NCBI GenBank assembly: GCA_963792585.1
Contig: CAWBWI010000001.1
Coordinates: 1,856,001 to 1,920,000, forward strand
Direction: 5' to 3'
DNA length: 64,000 nucleotides
Origin: Candidatus Eiseniibacteriota bacterium
Lineage (GTDB): Bacteria; Eisenbacteria; RBG-16-71-46; CAIMUX01; VGJL01
The notes beneath the pieces were generated by a model. That model was not told the origin of the DNA and did not search any database. It worked only from the letters and a program-made list of their open reading frames with translations. The position numbers and the translations under genes were made by a program. Shown in pieces: positions 21,010 through 30,149 of this stretch; within the stretch, counting starts at the first letter, position 1; each line of letters opens with the position of its first letter.

Positions 21010-21729
21010 CTATCGATAGCTCTCCTTCAGCACGCCCCATGTCGCGCGAATGCTGGCCGTCGAACCGCAGGGTTCGGTGACCAGCACGTCGAATTGGCCG
21101 ATGTTGTTGAGCCATGTGGTGCTGTCCATGGTGCCGAGAAAGAGGCGCGTGGCGCCGGCCGGAATCACGACCCGCTGCGTGTCGCCCCCCGACGTCAATC
21201 CGTCGCCGATGAAGAACGGCTGTTTCAACTCGGGAGAAAGCGTGAGGTAGTCCCGGCTCTCCTGGGAGCTGAAATCGAGATACCCGGGCTCCGGGGTTTG
21301 ATCTGGCTGCGCGTCGTCAAGGAATACCCCCAGAAGACAGTCGTACGGGGCGATGACGTCCGAAATGCCGTTCTCGCCAAGGTCATCGTCCCAGTTGTGA
21401 TTCGTAACTCCATTCCCATCAGGTGGCTGGAGACCGCAGCCGGGGCAGTGCCCCACTCCTCCCGTGGCTTGAAAGGTCAGCGCCTCTCCCGCCGTGATGC
21501 ACAGGCCCACAACTAGCTGCGGCGACTGGTCCGGAGCGATATCACACCCTTCGGGTTCCCAGCAGCTCGCGGTCGAGCCGTCCGGCATTCCCGCGAGCCA
21601 CGGGTCCGACCAGCCGGGAACAACGACAGGGACTGTGATCTGTCCGTTGGCCGGCGCCGGGATAGCAACGGGTAGGACCAAGGCTAGCAGGATCCCACAC
21701 CACAAGCGTGTGTAGTTCATGGTTCGCAT
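21010..21729 (-). CDS. Secreted hypothetical protein with a TWG C-terminal tail
   Basis: Signal peptide; 'FFIGDGLT...VIPAGATRLFLGTMD' domain; ends RATWGVLKESYR. Confidence 0.75.
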   Translation of the reverse strand: MRTMNYTRLWCGILLALVLPVAIPAPANGQITVPVVVPGWSDPWLAGMPDGSTASCWEPEGCDIAPDQSPQLVVGLCITAGEALTFQATGGVGHCPGCGLQPPDGNGVTNHNWDDDLGENGISDVIAPYDCLLGVFLDDAQPDQTPEPGYLDFSSQESRDYLTLSPELKQPFFIGDGLTSGGDTQRVVIPAGATRLFLGTMDSTTWLNNIGQFDVLVTEPCGSTASIRATWGVLKESYR

Positions 21730-21814
21730 CGCACACATCTCCTTCCTGTCCACTCGCCGGCAGGGGCCAAATTGAGGTTGGATCGAAGTTGCGTCCGCCG
21801 GGCTCGTCCTCCGC

Positions 21815-22405
21815 TCACCGGAAGATCGCCTTCATCCGCCCCCAGGAAGCGACCCGGACGGGCGTCGCGACGTCGAACTCGACCACGTAGCCGTACACCG
21901 GCCCGACGGGACGATCGTCCGTATAGTCATTCCAGGTTGGGGCGGGTGCTCCCGCGTATCCCCAGTAGTCGAGGCAGTTTTCGTTTCCCCCGTTCCAGCC
22001 GTTGTTGTTCGGGCCTCCCTGGAACCAGTTCGAATAGACCCAGTCCTCGCCGCTGATCCACACCCATCCATGATCCGGTTCCTCCGAGCCGGGTAGCTGA
22101 TAGCCTCCCAGCCAGGGACCGATCTCCCAGACGGTGGACGTGTACCAGGTGCCCGAGGCGAGGGTCAGGTCGAAGACGAAGAGGTTTTCCTCTTCAGTGG
22201 TAATGCACGCCAGATAGCCGTGGGACCCCTGCCAGACCTGGCCCTCTGCGCCGGCCCGCGCCTCGGACCAGCTGAGGCCCGTGAAGTCGGCGATCACTTC
22301 GTAGTAATGCCCGGTACCCGGGAAGTACTGCGGTGTCGCCCAGCTCACGCTGCTCGTGATCAGGATCAGCATCACCAGCATGATTCCGAAGTTCCCGTGC
22401 TTCAT
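21815..22405 (-). CDS. Secreted C-type lectin-like protein with an SWG C-terminal tail
   Basis: GHYYEV, GYLACITTEEEN, WLGG, WVWISGE...WF.GGPNN, WND; ends VASWGRMKAIFR. Confidence 0.8.
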   Translation of the reverse strand: MKHGNFGIMLVMLILITSSVSWATPQYFPGTGHYYEVIADFTGLSWSEARAGAEGQVWQGSHGYLACITTEEENLFVFDLTLASGTWYTSTVWEIGPWLGGYQLPGSEEPDHGWVWISGEDWVYSNWFQGGPNNNGWNGGNENCLDYWGYAGAPAPTWNDYTDDRPVGPVYGYVVEFDVATPVRVASWGRMKAIFR

Positions 22406-22801
22406 GGCTCCACTCCTTGACAGATGCGTGGAATGAACTGCCACGGACCCCGAGCGACACGAGGTCGATGGCGTGGGATGAAGCTCTCGCGGCCAGTTCT
22501 TCCATTCGATCCGCTGGAAATGAGCAGCTAGGTGGGTGAGGCGGCTCCCGCGTTCGTGGGGGTCGCGCTGGTTGGATCGATGCAGGTGCGGCCGCATCTA
22601 AAAGTCTCCTCATGCATGAGGAAGGATTCGATGCACCACCGTCTCGAGCTGTTTGCGCGTCGGCATTTTACTCCCGCGACACCCTTAGCCAAACTACAAA
22701 GAATCACCGCAGTGTCAGCCCTAGGCGAGCCCCGGCCCGACAGATTCCGGCGAAGTCGTCTGTTTTGATCGGGGTTGTGCTGGACATTCGGCAGGGCCCC
22801 C

Positions 22802-24070
22802 TGCGCATCCTGCAAACTCCATCCGGTCATTGGACGGTCGACCACCCGATCCCCCGTTCTGATCTCGCGCACTTGATGATGGATGAGGGGGGCTCGGAAG
22901 GCCATCGCCGATTTCGATCGGTCTCGCGGGCGAGGCACGGCAACTGTCGGCATCAGGCTGACGGGCAGATGTTGACGATCACGCTGCTCGACGGAAGCAC
23001 CGATGATGCAACCCGCCGACCATCGGCTCTTCGAGAACCGGTCCGATGTCGGACGACTCGATCCCCCGGGGAACCGGGCAGTCCTTCTCCAGCCCCAAGC
23101 GCGTGCGGGATCCGTGGTAGTACTCGAGGTATCCTCGGAGGACGCGTCGCAGATGCCTCTCGCTGAATACGATAACGTGATCCAGGCACTCCCGTCGGAT
23201 CGAGCCTATTACGCGCTCCACATATGGGTTCTGCCACGGAGAATGAGCCGAGATCGGCACCTCCTCGATCCTCATGCCCTCGACGCGACGAACAAAGTCG
23301 TTCCCGTAGATCCCGTCCCGGTCCCGAACCAGGTATCTCGGTGCCGAGTCCCAGGGGAACGCCTCAACGATCTGCTGCCCCGTCCAGGCGGCACTCGGGT
23401 TCTTCGTCACGTTGAAGTGGATGATCCGCCTCCGGTGGTTGCTCAGGATGAGGAACACGAAGAGGACCCGGAACGTAGCCGTCGGCACCGTGAAGAAGTC
23501 GATCGATACGATTTCCTGCGCGTGGTTCTCCAGGAACGTCCGCCAGGTCTGTGAAGGCGGCTTTCGATGGCGCACCATGTACTTCGAGACGGCAGCCTGA
23601 CTGATCTCGATCCCGAGCTTGAGCAGTTCCCCATGGATACGCGGGGCGCCCCAGAGAGCATTTGCTTCGGACATCTGCCGGATGAGATCGCGGACTTCCC
23701 TCGGGACTCTCGGTCTTCCTGATCCCTTCGATCGACTCTTCCACCTCCAATACAGCCGGAACCCTTCGCGGTGCCATCGGATGACCGTCTCAGGTTGGAC
23801 AACGATCAGCGAATCCCTCCAGCCGGACCACAGCCGCGACAGGAGGACCCAGAGTGCGCGATCCGACGCCCGCAGGCGTGGTTTCCTGGCTGCCCGGTGG
23901 AGCACAAGGAGTTGGTGGCGGAGGGCGAGGTTCTCCACGGCGAGGGCCCGTTGCGCATGGAATGCTGAGATCAAGGTGCGGAAGATGGTGAGAAGCATGA
24001 CGGGGAGCCTATCGCGGATCAGTCGCTAACTTCAAATCAGGCAACGTGGACGGGGTATTTGGAAGGGACA
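22802..24070 (-). mobile_element. Full-length IS (~1.27 kb), integrase-core DDE family (IS481/IS3-like)
   Basis: Imperfect TIRs TGCGCATCCTGCAAACTCCATCC / GGACGGGGTATTTGGAAGGGACA; no exact target duplication seen. Confidence 0.85.
22979..23998 (-). CDS. Transposase, integrase core (rve) domain
   Basis: WGAPRIHGELLKLG, SIDFF, RDRDG, PWQNPYVERVIGSIRRECLDH. Confidence 0.93.
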   Translation of the reverse strand: MLLTIFRTLISAFHAQRALAVENLALRHQLLVLHRAARKPRLRASDRALWVLLSRLWSGWRDSLIVVQPETVIRWHREGFRLYWRWKSRSKGSGRPRVPREVRDLIRQMSEANALWGAPRIHGELLKLGIEISQAAVSKYMVRHRKPPSQTWRTFLENHAQEIVSIDFFTVPTATFRVLFVFLILSNHRRRIIHFNVTKNPSAAWTGQQIVEAFPWDSAPRYLVRDRDGIYGNDFVRRVEGMRIEEVPISAHSPWQNPYVERVIGSIRRECLDHVIVFSERHLRRVLRGYLEYYHGSRTRLGLEKDCPVPRGIESSDIGPVLEEPMVGGLHHRCFRRAA

Positions 24071-24201
24071 GCCCAACGTTCCCATCGCCCGCGTGCCGTG
24101 GAATGCGCGGCCCCGGCAGCCCCGGGCGATAGTCTTGCCTTCTATGCTTCCCCACCGGGGCCGTGACGGCGCAGCGCGTCAGGCGAGTGCGATAGTTGGA
24201 T
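24071..24201 (-). repeat. Integron attC-like recombination site (131 bp)
   Basis: Minus strand: ATCCAAC (RYYYAAC) ... GTTGGGC (GTTRRRY) with imperfect palindromic L boxes; 22 bp after the stop of the 24224 gene. Confidence 0.8.
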
Positions 24202-24223
24202 GTTAAGTGCCCGAACGGCATCG

Positions 24224-25306
24224 TCACCGCTCCTGTCGCCACCTAGCGACATGTCTGGCTGGCATCCCTCCCGCCTCTAGGAAGTCTCCTGCTACCACAA
24301 GATCGTCCCCATGAACGTAGAGGGCGGTCACGCGATCGGACGTACCACCACCGACCGAAGACCAGGCAGCGCCGTCCCAACACGCCAAGTTCTCTGCCGG
24401 AACGCCATCAATGCTGTCGAAGACGCCCCCCACAAAGAGCTTGCCATCGCAAACGCCAAGCGCCAGGGCTTCTGCCTGTCGATCGCTCGCGGAACTCGCC
24501 GTGCCATAGGGATGCCAAGCGGCACCGTCCCACCGCGCAAGTGTATTGACGGCGTAGCCTCCGTACCCATTAGCAAGCCCTCCAGCAATCAGGTTGTCCC
24601 GATATACGGTGAGAGCCCTTACCGAGAACATACCTGGGCCATTGCCGAGCGCCTCCCAGCGAGTTCCATTCCAAGCGACAACGCATTGCTGCAACGGATC
24701 ATCTCCAAGCATATCGAGCCATCCTCCCGCCATCAGGCGACCGGCGTAGCTCTGGAATGCATGGACCTGCCAGTCAAACATCGGCCCGCAGACACCGATC
24801 CGCTCCCACGTAGCGCCTCGCTGTCGGTAGAGCTCTACTCCTCCCACATACAGGCTGTCATCGTGGATTCCAATTGCGTTGAATCCTGATGCCCAGCGTG
24901 TCAGCCGCGTCGTCCATTCGTTTCCGTCCCAGGAAGCGAGCGCTTGCGCTACGTGAGGGTGTTCACTGGGATCCATCCACCACTGCGAGGCGAGAAGTTC
25001 GCCGTGATAGGAGACAAGCGCACTCGGGGTGAGAGGTGCGGCGAGCGGAATCCACTCGTGTGCGTTCCAGAACGCGAGCTCCTGACCTCCAAGGACATTT
25101 CGGCCGCCTGCGAGAATCAGATCGTTCCACTCGGCGAGGCACTCCGGTGTGTTGTCCAGACCCCCTCCGAGTGCATACCATGTCCCGTTCGCCTCGGATG
25201 GTGGTGGGTTGACGGCCGTTGCATGGTGCTTTTCGGAGCAACCGATTGTCACGGATACAACGAATAGGTACATGAAGAACTTCAGAATCATGCCGTAGCG
25301 TGACAT
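24224..25306 (-). CDS. Beta-propeller lipoprotein (WDG/GG repeats); putative gene cassette
   Basis: VTIGC lipobox; repeated LxxGG.F...ARWDG.xW motifs; flanked by attC sites. Confidence 0.8.
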   Translation of the reverse strand: MSRYGMILKFFMYLFVVSVTIGCSEKHHATAVNPPPSEANGTWYALGGGLDNTPECLAEWNDLILAGGRNVLGGQELAFWNAHEWIPLAAPLTPSALVSYHGELLASQWWMDPSEHPHVAQALASWDGNEWTTRLTRWASGFNAIGIHDDSLYVGGVELYRQRGATWERIGVCGPMFDWQVHAFQSYAGRLMAGGWLDMLGDDPLQQCVVAWNGTRWEALGNGPGMFSVRALTVYRDNLIAGGLANGYGGYAVNTLARWDGAAWHPYGTASSASDRQAEALALGVCDGKLFVGGVFDSIDGVPAENLACWDGAAWSSVGGGTSDRVTALYVHGDDLVVAGDFLEAGGMPARHVARWRQER

Positions 25307-25346
25307 GGGCCCTCCGATGCCGGGGCTGTAATCGCTGGCTCGCACC

Positions 25347-25477
25347 ATCCAACGTTCGCATCACCTGCGACCTGAGGCCACCGCGGCCCTGGCAGCCCGC
25401 TGCGATGGTCTTGCCTTCTATGCTTCTCTGCAAAGGCCGTGAAGGCGCAGCACGTCAGGTGAATGCGGCTGTTGGAG
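25347..25477 (-). repeat. Integron attC-like recombination site (131 bp)
   Basis: Minus strand: CTCCAAC-AGCC-GCATTCACCTG ... CAGGTGATGC-GAAC-GTTGGAT, with one extra base in L''; homologous to 24071-24201; 7 bp after the stop of the 25485 gene. Confidence 0.82.
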
Positions 25478-25484
25478 GCAGCCA

Positions 25485-26966
25485 CTACCTCTTGAACAAC
25501 ATCCTCAACTGCCCCCATGTGATCCTGAGTATCGGCGAGCAGCCGCACGTTCCAGCGCCACGGGCTCCGATGAGCCTCCCGCACGGGCTAGTTTGCTCGA
25601 GACACGGAGACAGGCAATCGCCTGCCGCCGACAGCGTGTAGTCGCCAGCAACTGTCGGAGCGTTCGCGCAGTTGAGGGGTCCGCAAAACAGGGGATCGGA
25701 GGTTAGGTGCCCCTCGTGCCACTCTTGCGTCGCCCCCCCTCCGATTCCGACGGAATCGACCAGACAGCAGTCGAAGGTCAACCGGCCGCTGTCGGCGAAG
25801 ATCTCGTCGCCCACTCCGGTCACGCCCGCACAGTCGCCATGTAGAATCGAGGTCTCGAAGTTACCGCCGTGCGAATGGATGGCGCCCCCACTCCCTCCAT
25901 CTGCCCGATTTCCTGAGAACGTGCAGTTCCGTACGTCCATTCCATCCCCGACCGACATTACTGCGCCACCGTTCCCGGATGCCCGGTTGCCGGATAGGAG
26001 GCAGTTCTCGAGCACGAGTGCCCCGTCCGCGTAAACTGCTCCGCCTTCCGCAGCGATATTCCCGATCACGTTACAATCCAGAAGATGTAGGTAATAGGGC
26101 TCGGAGTAGATCGCCCCTCCTCTCTCCGTGGCGCTGTTGTTCCGAATCGTGCAACGCCAGAGCGTACACCCCGTTGCGCCCTCGTCTTTCCAGAGAGCCC
26201 CGCCCTGCCGTGCGGAATTGTCTGCGATGACGCAGTCCGTCAACGTGATTTCCGTGTTGTAACCACGACACGCTATTCCGCCTCCGTAGGTCGCATGATT
26301 GCGGACAATGGTGCAGTTCTCGATCGTCGCATCCCATCCGTAGTAGAGGATCCCTCCCCCGGAGAACTCATCCTGGACACTGTTGTCCGCGATCAGGCAG
26401 CCTCGAACCGTGATCCTTCGATACACGTTGATGCCCGAGTGATTGCGCATGATCTGGCAATCGATGACCTTCGGCCATCCTTCACGGGCATAGACGCCGT
26501 CGCAATCGTTGTCCGTGATGAGGCAGTTCCTTACGGTCGGAGAGGACGCGACGATGCGGATTGCACCTGTGCTGCTTCTCGCATTGCGAATCGTGAAGCC
26601 ATCGATCGTCGCAACGGACGTTTCGCCTGAGCGTAGTTCGATCGCAGTGCCCGAATGCTCGCAGTCGATGACCGTCTCCGCTGCCCCTTCCTCCGAGATC
26701 AGGACGAGGTCGACTCCATTGAAGTTCAGAGATCGATTCCGGACACCCGTGTACACACCGGGCGCGACGAGAACCGTGTCATGTGACGCGCATGCGTCGA
26801 TCGCGTCCTGGATAACGGAATAGCCGGCAGGGACGCGTCGGACCGTAGCCGACGCCAAGGAAGGGCCCCATGCACACAGAGCGGCGGCAAAGAAGCCGAA
26901 CCACTTGAGATCCGGACGCTCGAAGAGCAGGCGTAGCCGGCATCGCCAAACTGAACTGAGGCTCAT
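25485..26966 (-). CDS. Secreted right-handed beta-helix (pectin-lyase/Pmp-like) protein with a TWG tail
   Basis: IQDAIDA..DTVLVAPGVY, repeated N.A..GGAI; ends RITWGQLRMLFKR. Confidence 0.85.
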   Translation of the reverse strand: MSLSSVWRCRLRLLFERPDLKWFGFFAAALCAWGPSLASATVRRVPAGYSVIQDAIDACASHDTVLVAPGVYTGVRNRSLNFNGVDLVLISEEGAAETVIDCEHSGTAIELRSGETSVATIDGFTIRNARSSTGAIRIVASSPTVRNCLITDNDCDGVYAREGWPKVIDCQIMRNHSGINVYRRITVRGCLIADNSVQDEFSGGGILYYGWDATIENCTIVRNHATYGGGIACRGYNTEITLTDCVIADNSARQGGALWKDEGATGCTLWRCTIRNNSATERGGAIYSEPYYLHLLDCNVIGNIAAEGGAVYADGALVLENCLLSGNRASGNGGAVMSVGDGMDVRNCTFSGNRADGGSGGAIHSHGGNFETSILHGDCAGVTGVGDEIFADSGRLTFDCCLVDSVGIGGGATQEWHEGHLTSDPLFCGPLNCANAPTVAGDYTLSAAGDCLSPCLEQTSPCGRLIGARGAGTCGCSPILRITWGQLRMLFKR

Positions 26967-27044
26967 TCTTCGTCCTGCCTGGTCGGGTTATCTCGTTCGA
27001 GGCTCACACCTCGGGCACGCACGGAGTTGGCCCAGGCGGTTCCG

Positions 27045-27073
27045 AGTGTAGCGCGAGAGGACCGGGTGCGCAA
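27045..27073 (-). promoter_or_regulatory. Putative sigma70 promoter for the 25485-26966 gene
   Basis: Minus strand TTGCGC-17 bp-TACACT. Confidence 0.45.
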
Positions 27074-27124
27074 CGGAGGACCGCTATGGTCGTGGACCAA
27101 CGGTCGAGCTACGAATCTAGTTGC

Positions 27125-27202
27125 TTGTGACCCGGTGAGCCTATCGCAGGTCCGAGGCTAACCTAAAATCGGGCAACACGGACGAGGCATATGGAAGGGG
27201 CA
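27125..27202 (-). mobile_element. Isolated IS left end
   Basis: GAGCCTATCGC...GCTAAC...GGCAACACGGACGAGGCATATGGAAGGGGCA matches 24005-24070. Confidence 0.75.
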
Positions 27203-27338
27203 GGCAGCTGGACCGGGAAATGCTGGACCGCGGAGAACTTCCCTTCAGCCGGCAAGACGCTTATAGTCCTGTGCGCGAAGGTGAGTTGACCGAGCGCGCC
27301 CGCCAATTGCAGATTTCCTCAGTCGAAGGAGGCTTGCC

Positions 27339-29639
27339 GTGAAATGGTGGTCGTTCCTGAGCATCATTGGTGAGAGCACTCTCGCCGTGTGCACTCTCCC
27401 CGGCGTGATCCTCGCCCAGTACGACCGGGGAATCGTCGGATGGGGGGAGCAGGTCGTCGTCGAGCAATCGGAGCTCGACGGCCTCGCGATCGTCTCGGCC
27501 GGCGCATGGCACAGCGTGGGCCTCACTCCCGACGGGAGAATCGTGAGTTGGGGTTTCTACATTGGACAGGATCCGGAGGGAGCCGACTTCATCGCTATAG
27601 ATGCAGGCGGCGCCGGCGCCTTTGATCACAGCGTCGCGCTGCGGTCGAACGGGTCGGTCGAGGCTTGGGGTGGTGTAGGAGACGTCCCCTCCCCGAACGA
27701 AGACTTCGTCGCGGTCGCCTCCGGCGGGTATCACGACATCGGGCTCAAGTCGAATGGGATCGTCGTCGGTTGGGGATGGAACGCCTACGGCCAATGCGAC
27801 CCGCCGGATCCCGACTCGGGCTTCATCGCGATTGCGTGCGGCGAGACTCACAGCCTTGGGATCAAGGCCGGTGGCGTGGTCGTCTGCTGGGGGGACAACC
27901 GGTCCGGGCAGTGCAATGTCCCGTCGCCGAATCAGGACTTCGTGGCAGTCGCCGGCGGTGGCGAGCACAGCCTCGGCCTAAAGTCCGACGGGACGATCGT
28001 CGTCTGGGGCTCCAACGAATACAACCAGTGGGACGTTCCCGCGCCGAATGCGAACTTCATCGCGATCGACGCCGGTCACATGCACAGCATGGGCCTCAAG
28101 TCCGATGGACCGATCGTCGCCTGGGGATGGAACGGCTACGGCCAGACCGACGTGCCGGCTCCGAACACCGATTTCGTCTCCGTGTCAGCCGGATATGCGC
28201 ACAATGTGGCTCTCAAGTCCGACGGGACAAAGGTCGCGTGGGGATCGAACGAGAGGAGCGAGTGCAACGTCCCGGCCCCCAACGCGGATTTCCTCGCCGT
28301 CAGCGCGGGCGCGTACTTCGGCCTGGGCCTGCGGTCCAGCGGGGCAATCGTCGCCTGGGGCGACGACAATGACGGAGTTTACAACATCCCTCAGCCGAAC
28401 GCGGGCTTCACCGCGATCTCAGCAGGCTGGGCCCACGGGCTGGGCCTCAAGTCGATCGGGACGATCGTGGCGTGGGGGAACGACTGGTACGGCCAATGCG
28501 TCGTTCCCGCGCCCAACGCCGACTTCGTGGCTGTCGCCGCTGGGGCTGCCCACAGCCTGGGACTGAAGTCGGACGGGACGGCCGTCGCCTGGGGACAAAA
28601 CACATACGGCCAGTGCGATGTCCTGGGCTCGGGCTATTTCGCTCTCTCAGGAGGCATGCGGCACAGCCTCGGATTGAGACCGGGCGGGATCATCTCGGCT
28701 TGGGGGGACAACAGCGTCGGCCAGTGCGACGTTTCCCATCCGAACCAGGAGTTCGTGGCCATCTCCGCCGGGCCGATGCACTCCCTGGCCCTCCGGTCCA
28801 ACGGTACGATCGCAGCGTGGGGGAGCAACGTGGCCGGCGAGTGCAACGTCCCGGAACCGAACTCGGACTTCATCGGCATCGCGGCGGGCGGTGACGGAGG
28901 ATACAACCCCTGCAGCCTCGGGCTGAAGTCGAACGGAAGGGTCGTGGCGTGGGGCTCTCTCGGGCAGGTGATGAACATCCCCGACAAGCAGTTCGTCGCG
29001 ATCGCCGCGGGCGGATTCCACAAACTGGGAATCGTGAGCAGCCTGCCCACCCCTGTCCAGATGGCGGAGGCTTCCGCCGAGGTGCGGGATCACGACGTGC
29101 TCCTGCGCTGGCGGACCTCCGCGGATCTGCAAGGCGTTTCATTCGATGTTTACAGGCTCGAGGGTGCCGGCGGGCAACCCGGCATCGGAGAGCGCCTGAC
29201 CTCCGACCCGCTCACGTCGACAACCGGTGTGTACGAGTGGGTCGACGGCACAGTCCGCTCGGACACGGACTACAAGTACAGGCTCGAGATGCACGCAACG
29301 GGATCGCCTCCCGCCGTCGTTCGAACTCTGGTCGTCCATGTCGGACGCCTGGCATGGAGCTGCGGCATACGGTCGGTCCGCCCCAATCCGGTGACGCGAG
29401 AGGTGACGATCGCTTTCCAGACTCCGCGGAGAGGTCTGGTCTCGCTGGATCTCATCAATCCGGGGGGCCGTGCCGTCCGGCGGATCGTGTCTGATGTGCT
29501 GGACGCCGGTTCGCACGATGTATCCCTCGATCTCGCGCGCGCGTCAGGCGGCCATCGCCTGGCCGCTGGCGTCTACTATTTGGTGTTCCGGTTCGACGAA
29601 GGAGCGCAGGCGAGGCGCAGCTTCGTGGTGATGCCGTAG
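27339..29639 (+). CDS. RCC1/BLIP-II-like repeat secreted protein with a FlgD/T9SS-like C-terminal domain
   Basis: About 14 repeats FVAVAAG..HSLGLKSDG.IVAWG.N.YGQC.VP; C-terminal PNP...GVYY; AGGAGG RBS. Confidence 0.88.
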   Translation: MKWWSFLSIIGESTLAVCTLPGVILAQYDRGIVGWGEQVVVEQSELDGLAIVSAGAWHSVGLTPDGRIVSWGFYIGQDPEGADFIAIDAGGAGAFDHSVALRSNGSVEAWGGVGDVPSPNEDFVAVASGGYHDIGLKSNGIVVGWGWNAYGQCDPPDPDSGFIAIACGETHSLGIKAGGVVVCWGDNRSGQCNVPSPNQDFVAVAGGGEHSLGLKSDGTIVVWGSNEYNQWDVPAPNANFIAIDAGHMHSMGLKSDGPIVAWGWNGYGQTDVPAPNTDFVSVSAGYAHNVALKSDGTKVAWGSNERSECNVPAPNADFLAVSAGAYFGLGLRSSGAIVAWGDDNDGVYNIPQPNAGFTAISAGWAHGLGLKSIGTIVAWGNDWYGQCVVPAPNADFVAVAAGAAHSLGLKSDGTAVAWGQNTYGQCDVLGSGYFALSGGMRHSLGLRPGGIISAWGDNSVGQCDVSHPNQEFVAISAGPMHSLALRSNGTIAAWGSNVAGECNVPEPNSDFIGIAAGGDGGYNPCSLGLKSNGRVVAWGSLGQVMNIPDKQFVAIAAGGFHKLGIVSSLPTPVQMAEASAEVRDHDVLLRWRTSADLQGVSFDVYRLEGAGGQPGIGERLTSDPLTSTTGVYEWVDGTVRSDTDYKYRLEMHATGSPPAVVRTLVVHVGRLAWSCGIRSVRPNPVTREVTIAFQTPRRGLVSLDLINPGGRAVRRIVSDVLDAGSHDVSLDLARASGGHRLAAGVYYLVFRFDEGAQARRSFVVMP

Positions 29640-29727
29640 GAGGATCTCCCCGATTTCGCGGCGGGGCAGCGGTAGGAGGTCGGGAGCTGCACAGAGGATC
29701 ACCGTCTGTTCGCCGAGGTTCACAGCC

Positions 29728-30144
29728 TGTCCACGCTACAAAGTCCATCCGGTGTATGTATGACCGACGAAACAGCCATCCCCAACCTTGATCATGCGGA
29801 CTTGATGATAGTCGAGGGGAATTCGGAAGGCCATAGGCGCTTTCGGGCCTGGTTGCTCCGCTCCCGTGCCCCGGCGCTGCGTCAGATGTCGGTGGACGCT
29901 CCTACCCGGCAGGCGGGAATGAAACTGGCGTCCCGGGCCGCCTTCGCAACACCCACAACGCCTTCCGCTTTGCGGTCGGGCCGCCGTCTGGTGATGTCCT
30001 ACCGTGGTGCGTTCACCGCGATAGTTCTGTTCCCACACGAAGTGCGATCCCTCGTCAAGGGCAGACCCGCCCCATGCAGCATGACCTCAGTCGGTCGTTC
30101 GACCTACCTTTCAGCGGCTTCGTGGCGCGCTTGTGGGAGGGACA
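29728..30144 (-). mobile_element. Internally deleted IS derivative, both ends retained
   Basis: TGTCCACGCTACAAAGTCCATCC start, subterminal motif at 29790, end TTGTGGGAGGGACA 5 bp from the next gene's stop. Confidence 0.7.
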
Positions 30145-30149
30145 GGTCC

